Origin: Eledone cirrhosa
Lineage: Eukaryota
Assembly (NCBI GenBank): GCA_964016885.1
Contig: OZ024743.1
Span: 18,600,001-18,664,000 of the forward strand
Reading direction: 5' to 3'
Length of the DNA: 64,000 nucleotides
Shown: piece after piece, positions 24,801 through 38,999 of the stretch
Layout of the letters: every line of letters begins with the position of its first letter
Numbering within the stretch: the first letter of the stretch is position 1
Translations under genes and position numbers: made by a program
The notes under the pieces: generated by a model
What the model saw: only the letters and a program-made list of their open reading frames with translations
Told to the model about the DNA's origin: nothing
Databases searched by the model: none

Positions 24801-27800
24801 GCTGGCCGCTGTCTTAATAACTACTCGCTTTCCACTGATTGACCTCGATGTCACGTGATTGATTCTTTTTGAATTTGCCGCGGACCTAGAGGCAGTGATT
24901 TTCTCAATGGCTTGGAATCCAGTCCACGCATCGCTATTTCCATTCCACTGAATTATTTTTTTAAAAGGTTTCCAGTGTCCTCGCTCTGCCTGGAGACCTA
25001 TACGGAAAAAGACTTTCCTGATGACGGAATGATTTTCGATATGTTTCTTCGGAAAATATATTTACTCCATTCCAGAAACTAATTAGTTGGAAGTGATTTT
25101 TTAGTAAGTAAGTTAATTTTATAATTTTCTTATTTTACGTCTCTCATATTATTGTTCTGCAACCCCATGCATTGAACCACATTGTTAATAAGACAAAACC
25201 TATATATTTGCTAGCATTGATATGCATCTGTGTGTATATAAATGTTACTAGATATGAATTCCTTATAATTATCTCCAATTCATTTGTCGAGCAATATTTG
25301 GCCATGACTGCTACTATGGTAGTAAGCTGTCCGCTGTCTTAATAACCACTCGCTTTCCACTGATTGACCTCGATGTCACGTGATTGATTCTTTTTCTGAA
25401 TTTGCCGCGGATGTAGAGGCAGTGATTTTCTCAATGGCTTGGAATCCAGTCCAGGAATCGCTATTTCCATTCCACTGAATTATTTGTTTAATAAGTTTCC
25501 AGTGTCCTCGCTATGCCTGGAGACCTGTACGGAAAAAGACTTTCCTGATGACGGAATGATTTTCGATATGTTTCTTCGGAAAATATATTTACTCCATTCC
25601 AGAAACTAATTAGTTGGAAGTGATTTTTTAGTATGTAAGTTAATTTTATAATTTTCTTATTTTACGTCTCTCATATTATTGTTCTGCAACCCCATGCATT
25701 GAACTACATTGTTAATAAGACAAAACCTATGTATTTGCTAGCATTGATATGCATATGTGTGTATATAAATGTTACTAGATATAAATTCCTTATAATTATC
25801 TCCAATTCATTTATCGAGCAATATTTGGCCATGACTGCTAATATGGTAGTAAGCTGGCCGCTGTATTAATAACCACTCGCTTTCCACTGATTGACCTCAA
25901 TGTCACGTGATTGATTCTTTTTGAATTTGCCGCGTACCTAGAGGCAGTGATTTTCTCAATGGCTTGGAATCCAGTCCACGCATCGCTATTTCCATTCCAC
26001 TGAATTATTTTTTTAATAAGTTTCCAGTGTCCTCGCTATGCCTGGAGACCTATACGGAAAAAGAATTTCCTTCGGACGGAATGATTTTCTATATGTTTCT
26101 TCGGAAAATATATTTACTCCATTCCAGAAACTAATTAGTTGGAAGTGATTTTTTAGTAAGTAAGTTAATTTTATAATTATCTTATTTAAACGTCGCTCAT
26201 ATTATTGTTCTGCAACCCCATGCATTGAACCACATTGTTAATAAGACAGAACCTATATATTTGCTAGCATTGATATGCATCTGTGTGTATATAAATGTTA
26301 CTAGATATAAATTCCTTATAATTATCTCCAATTCATTTGTCGAGCAATATTTGGCCATGACTGTTAATATGGTAGTAAGCTGGCCGCTGTCTTAATAACC
26401 ACTCGCTTTCCACTGATTGACCTCGATGTCACGTGATTGATTCTTTTTCTGAATTTGCCGCGGATGTAGAGGCAGTGATTTTCTCAATGGCTTGGAATCC
26501 AGTCCAGGAATCGCTATTTCCATTCCACTGAATTATTTGTTTAATAAGTTTCCAGTGTCCTCGCTATGCCTGGAGACCTATACGGAAAAAGACTTTCCTG
26601 ATGACGGAATGATTTTCGATATGTTTCTTCGGAAAATATATTTACTCCATTCCAGAATCTAATTAGTTGGAAGTGATTTTTTAGTACGTAAGTTAATTTT
26701 ATGATTTTCTTATTTTACGTCTCTCATATTATTGTTCTGCAACCCCATGCATTGAACTACATTGTTAATAAGACAAAACCTATGTATTTGCTAGCATTGA
26801 TATGCATCTGTGTGTATATAAATGTTACTAGATATAAATTCCTTATAATTATCTCCAATTCATTTGTCGAGCAATATTTGGCCATGACTGCTACTATGGT
26901 AGTAAGCTGTCCGCTGTCTTAATAACCACTCGCTTTCCACTGATTGACCTCGATGTCACGTGATTGATTCTTTTTGAATTTGCCGCGGACCTAGAGGCAG
27001 TGATTTTCTCAATGGCTTGGAATCCAGTCCACGCATCGCTATTTCCATTCCACTGAATTATTTTTTTAAAAGGTTTCCAGTGTCCTCGCTCTGCCTGGAG
27101 ACCTATACGGAAAAAGACTTTCCTGATGACGGAATGATTTTCGATATGTTTCTTCGGAAAATATATTTACTCCATTCCAGAAACTAATTAGTTGGAAGTG
27201 ATTTTTTAGTAAGAAAGTTAATTTTATAATTTTCTTATTTTACGTCTCTCATATTATTGTTCTGCAACCCCATGCATTGAACCACATTGTTAATAAGACA
27301 AAACCTATATATTTGCTAGCATTGATATGCATCTGTGTGTATATAAATGTTACTAGATATAAATTCCTTATAATTATCTCCAATTCATTTGTCGAGCAAT
27401 ATTTGGCCATGACTGCTACTATGGTAGTAAGCTGTCCGCTGTCTTAATAACCACTCGCTTTCCACTGATTGACCTCGATGTCACGTGATTGATTCTTTTT
27501 CTGAATTTGCCGCGGATGTAGAGGCAGTGATTTTCTCAATGGCTTGGAATCCAGTCCAGGAATCGCTATTTCCATTCCACTGAATTATTTGTTTAATAAG
27601 TTTCCAGTGTCCTCGCTATGCCTGGAGACCTGTACGGAAAAAGACTTTCCTGATGACGGAATGATTTTCGATATGTTTCTTCGGAAAATATATTTACTCC
27701 ATTCCAGAAACTAATTAGTTGGAAGTGATTTTTTAGTATGTAAGTTAATTTTATAATTTTCTTATTTTACGTCTCTCATATTATTGTTCGGCAACCCATG

Positions 27801-29329
27801 CATTGAACTACATTGTTAATAAGACAAAACCTATGTATTTGCTAGCATTGATATGCATATGTGTGTATATAAATGTTACTAGATATAAATTCCTTATAAT
27901 TATCTCCAATTCATTTGTCGAGCAATATTTGGCCATGACTGCTAATATGGTAGTAAGCTGGCCGCTGTCTTAATAACCACTCGCTTTCCACTGATTGACC
28001 TCAATGTCACGTGATTGATTCTTTTTGAATTTGCCGCGTACCTAGAGGCAGTGATTTTCTCAATGGCTTGGAATCCAGTCCACGCATCGCTATTTCCATT
28101 CCACTGAATTATTTTTTTAATAAGTTTCCAGTGTCCTCGCTATGCCTGGAGACCTATACGGAAAAAGAATTTCCTTCGGACCGAATGATTTTCTATATGT
28201 TTCTTCGGAAAATATATTTACTCCATTCCAGAAACTAATTAGTTGGAAGTGATTTTTTAGTAAGTAAGTTAATTTTATAATTATCTTATTTAAACGTCGC
28301 TCATATTATTGTTCTGCAACCCCATGCATTAAACTACATTGTTAATAATACAAAACCTATGTATTTGCTAGCATTGATATGCATCTGTGTGTATATAAAT
28401 GTTACTAGATATAAATTCCTTATAATTATCTCCAATTCATTTGTCGAGCAATATTTGGCCATGACTGCTACTATGGTAGTAAGCTGGCCGCTGTCTTAAT
28501 AACCACTCGCTTTCCACTGATTGACCTCGATGTCACGTGATTAATTCTTTTTGAATTTGCCGCGGACCTAGAGGCAGTGATTTTTTCAATGGCTTGGAAT
28601 CCAGTCCACGCATCGCTATTTCCATTCCACTGAATTATTTTTTTAATAAGTTTCCAGTGTCCTCGATATGCCTGGAGACCTATACGGAAAAAGACTTTCC
28701 TGATGACGGAATGATTTTCTATATGTTTCTTCGGAAAATATATTTACTCCATTCCAGAAACTAATTAGTTGGAAGTGATTTTTTAGGAAGTAGGTTAATT
28801 TTATAATTTTCTTATTTTACGTCTCTCATATTATTATTCTGCAACACCATGCATTGAACCACATTGTTAATAAGACAGAACCTATATATTTGCTTGCATT
28901 GATATGCATCTGTGTGTATATAAATGTTACTAGATATAAATTCCTTATAATTATCTCCAATTCATTTGTCGAGCAATATTTGGCCATGACTGTTAATATG
29001 GTAGTAAGCTGGCCGCTGTCTTAATAACCACTCGCTTTCCACTGATTGACCTCGATGTCACGTGATTGATTCTTTTTCTGAATTTGCCGCGGATGTAGAG
29101 GCAGTGATTTTCTCAATGGCTTGGAATCCAGTCCAGGAATCGCTATTTCCATTCCACTGAATTATTTGTTTAATAAGTTTCCAGTGTCCTCGCTATGCCT
29201 GGAGACCTATACGGAAAAAGACTTTCCTGATGACGGAATGATTTTCGATATGTTTCTTCGGAAAATATATTTACTCCATTCCAGAATCTAATTAGTTGGA
29301 AGTGATTTTTTAGTACGTAAGTTAATTTT

Positions 29330-32300
29330 ATGATTTTCTTATTTTACGTCTCTCATATTATTGTTCTGCAACCCCATGCATTGAACTACATTGTTAATAA
29401 GACAAAACCTATGTATTTGCTAGCATTGATATGCATCTGTGTGTATATAAATGTTACTAGATATAAATTCCTTATAATTATCTCCAATTCATTTGTCGAG
29501 CAATATTTGGCCATGACTGCTTCTATGGTAGTAAGCTGTCCGCTGTCTTAATAACCACTCGCTTTCCACTGATTGACCTCGATGTCACGTGATTGATTCT
29601 TTTTGAATTTGCCGCGGACGTAGAGGCAGTGATTTTCTCAATGGCTTGGAATCCAGTCCACGCATCGCTATTTCCATTCCACTGAATTATTTTTTTAATA
29701 AGTTTCCAGAGTCCTCGCTATGCCTGGAGACCTATACGGAAAATGAATTTCCTTCGGACGGAATGATTTTCTATATGTTTCTTCGGAAAATATATTTACT
29801 CCATTCCAGTAACTAATTAGTTGGAAGTGATTTTTTAGTAAGTAAGTTAATTTTATAATTTCTTATTTTACGTCTCTCATATTATTGTTCTGCAACCCCA
29901 TGCATTGAACCACATTGTTAATATGACAAAACCTATATATTTGCTAGCATTGATATGCATCTGTGTGTATATAAATGTTGCTACATATAAATTCCTTATA
30001 ATTATCTCCAATTCATTTGTCGAGCAATATTTGGCCATGACTGCTACTATGGTAGTAAGCTGGCCGCTGTCTTAATAACCACTCGCTTTCCACTGATTGA
30101 CCTCGATGTCACGTGATTGATTGTTTTTGAATTTGCCGCGGACGTAGAGGCAGTGATTTTCTCAATGGCTTGGAATCCAGTCCACGCATCGCTATTTCCA
30201 TTCCACTGAATTATTTTTTTAATAAGTTTCCAGTGTCCTCGATATGCCTGGAGACCTATACGGAAAAAGACTTTCATGATGACGGAATGATTTTCGATAT
30301 GTTTCTTCGGAAAATATATTTACTCCATTCCAGAAACTAATTAGTTGGAAGTGATTTTTTAGTAAGTAAGTTAATTTTATAATTTTCTTATCTTACGTCT
30401 CTCATATTATTGTCTGCAACCCCATGCATTGAACCACATAGTTAATAAGACGAAACCTATGTATTTGCTAGCATTGATATGCATCTGTGTGTATATAAAT
30501 GTTACTAGATATAAATTCCTTATAATTATCTCCAATTCATTTGTCGAGCAATATTTGGCCATGACTGCTACTATGGTAGTAAGCTGGCCGCTGTCTTAAT
30601 AACCACTCGCTTTCCACTGATTGACCTCGATGTCACGTGATTAATTCTTTTTGAATTTGCCGCGGACCTAGAGGCAGTGATTTTCTCAATGGCTTGGAAT
30701 CCAGTCCACGCATCGCTATTTCCATTCCACTGAATTATTTTTTTAATAAGTTTCCAGTGTCCTCGATATGCCTGGAGACCTATACGCAAAAAGACTTTCC
30801 TGATGACGGAATGATTTTCGGTATGTTTCTTCGGAAAATATATTTACTCCATTCCAGAAACTAATTAGTTGGAAGTGATTTTTTTAGGAAGTAGGTTAAT
30901 TTTATAATTTTCTTATTTTACGTCTCTCATATTATTGTTCTGCAACCCCATGCATTGAACCACATTGTTAATAAGACAAAACCTATATATTTGCTAGCAT
31001 TGATATGCATCTGTGTGTATATAAATGTTACTAGATATAAATTCCTTATAATTATCTCCAATTCATTTGTCGAGCAATATTTGGCCATGACTGTTAATAT
31101 GGTAGTAAGCTGGCCGCTGTCTTAATAACCACTCGCTTTCCACTGATTGACCTCGATGTCACGTGATTGATTCTTTTTCTGAATTTGCCGCGGATGTAGA
31201 GGCAGTGATTTTCTCAATGGCTTGGAATCAAGTCCAGGCATCGCTATTTCCATTCCACTGAATTATTTTTTTAATAAGTTTCCAGTGTCCTCGCTATGCC
31301 TGGAGACCTATACGGAAAAAGACTTTCCTGATGACGGAATGATATTCTATATGTTTCTTCGGAAAATATATTTACTCCATTCCAGAATCTAATTAGTTGG
31401 AAGTGATTATTTAGTAAGTAAGTTAATTTTATAATTTTCTTATTTTACGTCTCTCATATTATTGTTCTGCAACCCCATGCATCGAACTACATTGTTAATA
31501 AGACAAAACCTATGTATTTGCTAGCATTGATATGCATATGTGTGTATATAAATGTTACTAGATATAAATTCCTTATAATTATCTCCAATTCATTTGTCGA
31601 GCAATATTTGGCCATGACTGCTAATATGGTAGTAAGCTGGCCGCTGTCTTAATAACCACTCGCTTTCCACTGATTGACCTCAATATCACGTGATTGATTC
31701 TTTTGAATTTGCCGCGTACCTAGAGGCAGTGATTTTCTCAATGGCTTGGAATCCAGTCCACGCATCGCTATTTCCATTCCACTGAATTATTTTTTTAATA
31801 AGTTTCCAGTGTCCTCGCTATGCCTGGAGACCTATACGGAAAAAGAATTTCCTTCGGACGGAATGATTTTCTATATGTTTCTTCGGAAAATATATTTACT
31901 CCATTCCAGAAACTAATTAGTTGGAAGTGATTTTTTAGTAAGTAAGTTAATTTTATAATTATCTTATTTAAACGTCGCTCATATTATTGTTCTGCAACCC
32001 CATGCATTAAACTACATTGTTAATAAGACAAAACCTACGTATTTGCTAGCATTGATATGCATCTGTGTGTATATAAATGTTACTAGATATAAATTCCTTA
32101 TAATTATCTCCAATTCATTTGTCGAGCAATATTTGGCCATGACTGCTACTATGGTAGTAAGCTGGCCGCTGTCTTAATAACCACTCGCTTTCCACTGATT
32201 GACCTCGATGTCACGTGATTAATTCTTTTTGAATTTGCCGCGGACCTAGAGGCAGTGATTTTTTCAATGGCTTGGAATCCAGTCCACGCATCGCTATTTC

Positions 32301-35300
32301 CATTCCACTGAATTATTTTTTTAATAAGTTTCCAGTGTCCTCGATATGCCTGGAGACCTATACGGAAAAAGACTTTCCTGATGACGGAATGATTTTCGAT
32401 ATGTTTCTTCGGAAAATATATTTACTCCATTCCAGAAACTAATTAGTTGGAAGTGATTTTTTAGGAAGTAGGTTAATTTTATAATTTTCTTATTTTACGT
32501 CTCTCATATTATTGTTCTGCAACACCATGCATTGAACCACATTGTTAATAAGACAGAACCTATATATTTGCTTGCATTGATATGCATCTGTGTGTATATA
32601 AATGTTACTAGATATAAATTCCTTATAATTATCTCCAATTCATTTGTCGAGCAATATTTGGCCATGACTGTTAATATGGTAGTAAGCTGGCCGCTGTCTT
32701 AATAACCACTCGCTTTCCACTGATTGACCTCGATGTCACGTGATTGATTCTTTTTCTGAATTTGCCGCGGATGTAGAGGCAGTGATTTTCTCAATGGCTT
32801 GGAATCCAGTCCAGGAATCGCTATTTCCATTCCACTGAATTATTTGTTTAATAAGTTTCCAGTGTCCTCGCTATGCCTGGAGACCTATACGGAAAAAGAC
32901 TTTCCTGATGACGGAATGATTTTCGATATGTTTCTTCGGAAAATATATTTACTCCATTCCAGAATCTAATTAGTTGGAAGTGATTTTTTAGTACGTAAGT
33001 TAATTTTATGATTTTCTTATTTTACGTCTCTCATATTATTGTTCTGCAACCCCATGCATTGAACTACATTGTTAATAAGACAAAACCTATGTATTTGCTA
33101 GCATTGATATGCATCTGTGTGTATATAAATGTTACTAGATATAAATTCCTTATAATTATCTCCAATTCATTTGTCGAGCAATATTTGGCCATGACTGCTA
33201 CTATGGTAGTAAGCTGTCCGCTGTCTTAATAACCACTCGCTTTCCACTGATTGACCTCGATGTCACGTGATTGATTCTTTTTGAATTTGCCGCGGACGTA
33301 GAGGCAGTGATTTTCTCAATGGCTTGGAATCCAGTCCACGCATCGCTATTTCCATTCCACTGAATTATTTTTTTAATAAGTTTCCAGTGTCCTCGCTATG
33401 CCTGGAGACCTATACGGAAAATGAATTTCCTTCGGACGGAATGATTTTCTATATGTTTCTTCGGAAAATATATTTACTCCATTCCAGTAACTAATTAGTT
33501 GGAAGTGATTTTTTAGTAAGTAAGTTAATTTTATAATTTCTTATTTTACGTCTCTCATATTATTGTTCTGCAACCCCATGCATTGAACCACATTGTTAAT
33601 ATGACAAAACCTATATATTTGCTAGCATTGATATGCATCTGTGTGTATATAAATGTTGCTACATATAAATTCCTTATAATTATCTCCAATTCATTTGTCG
33701 AGCAATATTTGGCCATGACTGCTACTATGGTAGTAAGCTGGCCGCTGTCTTAATAACCACTCGCTTTCCACTGATTGACCTCGATGTCACGTGATTGATT
33801 GTTTTTGAATTTGCCGCGGACGTAGAGGCAGTGATTTTCTCAATGGCTTGGAATCCAGTCCACGCATCGCTATTTCCATTCCACTGAATTATTTTTTTAA
33901 TAAGTTTCCAGTGTCCTCGATATGCCTGGAGACCTATACGGAAAAAGACTTTCATGATGACGGAATGATTTTCGATATGTTTCTTCGGAAAATATATTTA
34001 CTCCATTCCAGAAACTAATTAGTTGGAAGTGATTTTTTAGGAAGTAAGTTAATTTTATAATTTTCTTATTTTACGACTCTCATATTATTGTTCTGCAACC
34101 CCATGCATTGAACCACATTGTTAATAAGACAAAACCTATATATTTGCTAGCATTGATATGCATCTGTGTGTATATAAATGTTACTAGATATAAATTCCTT
34201 ATAATTATCTCCAATTCATTTGTCGAGCAATATTTGGCCATGACTGCTACTATGGTAGTAAGCTGGCCGCTGTCTTAATAACCACTCGCTTTCCACTGAT
34301 TGACCTCGATGTCACGTGATTGATTGTTTTTGAATTTGCCGCGGATGTAGAGGCAGTGATTTTCTCAATGGCTTGGAATCCAGTCCACGTATCGCTATTT
34401 CCATTCCACTGAATAATTTTTTAAATAAGTTTCCAGTGTCCTCGATATGCCTGGAGACCTATACGCAAAAAGACTTTCCTGATGACGGAATGATTTTCGG
34501 TATGTTTCTTCGGAAAATATATTTACTCCATTCCAGAAACTAATTAGTTGGAAGTGATTTTTTTAGGAAGTAGGTTAATTTTATAATTTTCTTATTTTAC
34601 GTCTCTCATATTATTGTTCTGCAACCCCATGCATTGAACCACATTGTTAATAAGACAAAACCTATATATTTGCTAGCATTGATATGCATCTGTGTGTATA
34701 TAAATGTTACTAGATATAAATTCCTTATAATTATCTCCAATTCATTTGTCGAGCAATATTTGGCCATGACTGTTAATATGGTAGTAAGCTGGCCGCTGTC
34801 TTAATAACCACTCGCTTTCCACTGATTGACCTCGATGTCACGTGATTGATTCTTTTTCTGAATTTGCCGCGGATGTAGAGGCAGTGATTTTCTCAATGGC
34901 TTGGAATCAAGTCCAGGCATCGCTATTTCTATTCCACTGAATTATTTTTTTAATAAGTTTCCAGTGTCCTCGCTATGCCTGGAGACCTATACGGAAAAAG
35001 ACTTTCCTGATGACGGAATGATATTCTATATGTTTCTTCGGAAAATATATTTACTCCATTCCAGAATCTAATTAGTTGGAAGTGATTATTTAGTAAGTAA
35101 GTTAATTTTATAATTTTCTTATTTTACGTCTCTCATATTATTGTTCTGCAACCCCATGCATCGAACTACATTGTTAATAAGACAAAACCTATGTATTTGC
35201 TAGCATTGATATGCATATGTGTGTATATAAATGTTACTAGATATAAATTCCTTATAATTATCTCCAATTCATTTGTCGAGCAATATTTGGCCATGACTGC

Positions 35301-36908
35301 TAATATGGTAGTAAGCTGGCCGCTGTCTTAATAACCACTCGCTTTCCACTGATTGACCTCAATATCACGTGATTGATTCTTTTGAATTTGCCGCGTACCT
35401 AGAGGCAGTGATTTTCTCAATGGCTTGGAATCCAGTCCACGCATCGCTATTTCCATTCCACTGAATTATTTTTTTAATAAGTTTCCAGTGTCCTCGCTAT
35501 GCCTGGAGACCTATACGGAAAAAGAATTTCCTTCGGACGGAATGATTTTCTATATGTTTCTTCGGAAAATATATTTACTCCATTCCAGAAACTAATTTGT
35601 TGGAAGTGATTTTTTAGTAAGTAAGTTAATTTTATAATTATCTTATTTAAACGTCGCTCATATTATTGTTCTGCAACCCCATGCATTAAACTACATTGTT
35701 AATAAGACAAAACCTACGTATTTGCTAGCATTGATATGCATCTGTGTGTATATAAATGTTACTAGATATAAATTCCTTATAATTATCTCCAATTCATTTG
35801 TCGAGCAATATTTGGCCATGACTGCTACTATGGTAGTAAGCTGGCCGCTGTCTTAATAACCACTCGCTTTCCACTGATTGACCTCGATGTCACGTGATTA
35901 ATTCTTTTTGAATTTGCCGCGGACCTAGAGGCAGTGATTTTTTCAATGGCTTGGAATCCAGTCCACGCATCGCTATTTCCATTCCACTGAATTATTTTTT
36001 TAATAAGTTTCCAGTGTCCTCGATATGCCTGGAGACCTATACGGAAAAAGACTTTCCTGATGACGGAATGATTTTCGATATGTTTCTTCGGAAAATATAT
36101 TTACTCCATTCCAGAAACTAATTAGTTGGAAGTGATTTTTTAGGAAGTAGGTTAATTTTATAATTTTCTTATTTTACGTCTCTCATATTATTGTTCTGCA
36201 ACCCCATGCATTGAACCACATTGTTAATAAGACAGAACCTATATATTTGCTAGCATTGATATGCATCTGTGTGTATATAAATGTTACTAGATATAACTTC
36301 CTTATAATTATCTCCAATTCATTTGTCGAGCAATATTTGGCCATGACTGTTAATATGGTAGTAAGCTGGCCGCTGTCTTAATAACCACTCGCTTTCCACT
36401 GATTGACCTCGATGTCACGTGATTGATTCTTTTTCTGAATTTGCCGCGGATGTAGAGGCAGTGATTTTCTCAATGGCTTGGAATCCAGTCCAGGAATCGC
36501 TATTTCCATTCCACTGAATTATTTGTTTAATAAGTTTCCAGTGTCCTCGCTATGCCTGGAGACCTATACGGAAAAAGACTTTCCTGATGACGGAATGATT
36601 TTCGATATGTTTCTTCGGAAAATATATTTATTCCATTCCAGAATCTAATTAGTTGGAAGTGATTTTTTAGTACGTAAGTTAATTTTATGATTTTCTTATT
36701 TTACGTCTCTCATATTATTGTTCTGCAACCCCATGCATTGAACTACATTGTTAATAAGACAAAACCTATGTATTTGCTAGCATTGATATGCATCTGTGTG
36801 TATATAAATGTTACTAGATATAAATTCCTTATAATTATCTCCAATTCATTTGTCGGGCAATATTTGGCCATGACTGCTACTATGGTAGTAAACTGTCCGC
36901 TGTCTTAA
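29330..36908 (+). repeat. 7-monomer higher-order repeat (~3678 bp)
   Basis: Variant-dependent ORFs recur at 29330, 33008, 36687 and at 30047, 33725 (spacing 3678-3679). Confidence 0.8.
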
Positions 36909-38999
36909 TAACCACTCGCTTTCCACTGATTGACCTCGATGTCACGTGATTGATTCTTTTTGAATTTGCCGCGGACGTAGAGGCAGTGATTTTCTCAATG
37001 GCTTGGAATCCAGTCCACGCATCGCTATTTCCATTCCACTGAATTATTTTTTTAATAAGTTTCCAGTGTCCTCGCTATGCCTGGAGACCTATACGGAAAA
37101 TGAATTTCCTTCGGACGGAATGATTTTCTATATGTTTCTTCGGAAAATATATTTACTCCATTCCAGTAACTAATTAGTTGGAAGTGATTTTTTAGTAAGT
37201 AAGTTAATTTTATAATTTCTTATTTTACGTCTCTCATATTATTGTTCTGCAACCCCATGCATTGACCCACATTGTTAATATGACAAAACCTATATATTTG
37301 CTAGCATTGATATGCATCTGTGTGTATATAAATGTTGCTACATATAAATTCCTTATAATTATCTCCAATTCATTTGTCGAGCAATATTTGGCCATGACTG
37401 CTACTATGGTAGTAAGCTGGCCGCTGTCTTAATAACCACTCGCTTTCCACTGATTGACCTCGATGTCACGTGATGGATTGTTTTTGAATTTGCCGCGGAC
37501 GTAGAGGCAGTGATTTTCTCAATGGCTTGGAATCCAGTCCACGCATCGCTATTTCCATTCCACTGAATTATTTTTTTAATAAGTTTCCAGTGTCCTCGAT
37601 ATGCCTGGAGACCTATACGGAAAAAGACTTTCCTGATGACGGAATGATTTTCGATATGTTTCTTCGGAAAATATATTTACTCCATTCCAGAAACTAATTA
37701 GTTGGAAGTGATTTTTTAGGAAGTAAGTTAATTTTATAATTTTCTTATTTTACGACTCTCATATTATTGTTCTGCAACCCCATGCATTGAACCACATTGT
37801 TAATAAGACAAAACCTATATATTTGCTAGCATTGATATGCATCTGTGTGTATATAAATGTTACTAGATATAAATTCCTTATAATTATCTCCAATTCATTT
37901 GTCGAGCAATATTTGGCCATGACTGCTACTATGGTAGTAAGCTGGCCGCTGTCTTAATAACCACTCGCTTTCCACTGATTGACCTCGATGTCACGTGATT
38001 GATTGTTTTTGAATTTGCCGCGTATGTAGAGGCAGTGATTTTCTCAATGGCTTGGAATCCAGTCCACGTATCGCTATTTCCATTCCACTGAATAATTTTT
38101 TAAATAAGTTTTCAGTGTCCTCGCTATGCCTGGATACCTATACGTAAAAAGTCTTTCCTGATGACGGAATTATTTTCAATATGTTTCTTCGGAAAATATA
38201 TTTACTCCATTCCAGAAACTAATTAGTTGGAAGTGATTTTTTAGTAAGTAAGTTAATTTTATAATTTTCTTATCTTACGTCTCTCATATTATTGTCTGCA
38301 ACCCCATGCATTGAACCACATAGTTAATAAGACGAAACCTATGTATTTGCTAGCATTGATATGCATCTGTGTGTATATAAATGTTACTAGATATAAATTC
38401 CTTATAATTATCTCCAATTCATTTGTCGAGCAATATTTGGCCATGACTGCTACTATGGTAGTAAGCTGGCCGCTGTCTTAATAACCACTCGCTTTCCACT
38501 GATTGACCTCGATGTCACGTGATTAATTCTGTTTGAATTTGCCGCGGACCTAGAGGCAGTGATTTTCTCAATGTCTTGGAATCCAGTCCACGCATCGCTA
38601 TTTCCATTCCACTGAATTATTTTTTTAATAAGTTTCCAGTGTCCTCGATATGCCTGGAGACCTATACGGAAAAAGACTTTCCTGATGACGGAATGATTTT
38701 CGGTATGTTTCTTCGGAAAATATATTTACTCCATTCCAGAAACTAATTAGTTGGAAGTGATTTTTTTAGGAAGTAGGTTAATTTTATAATTTTCTTATTT
38801 TACGTCTCTCATATTATTGTTCTGCAACCCCATGCATTGAACCACATTGTTAATAAGACAAAACCTATATATTTGCTAGCATTGATATGCATCTGTGTGT
38901 ATATAAATGTTACTAGATATAAATTCCTTATAATTATCTCCAATTCATTTGTCGAGCAATATTTGGCCATGACTGTTAATATGGTAGTAAGCTGGCCGC

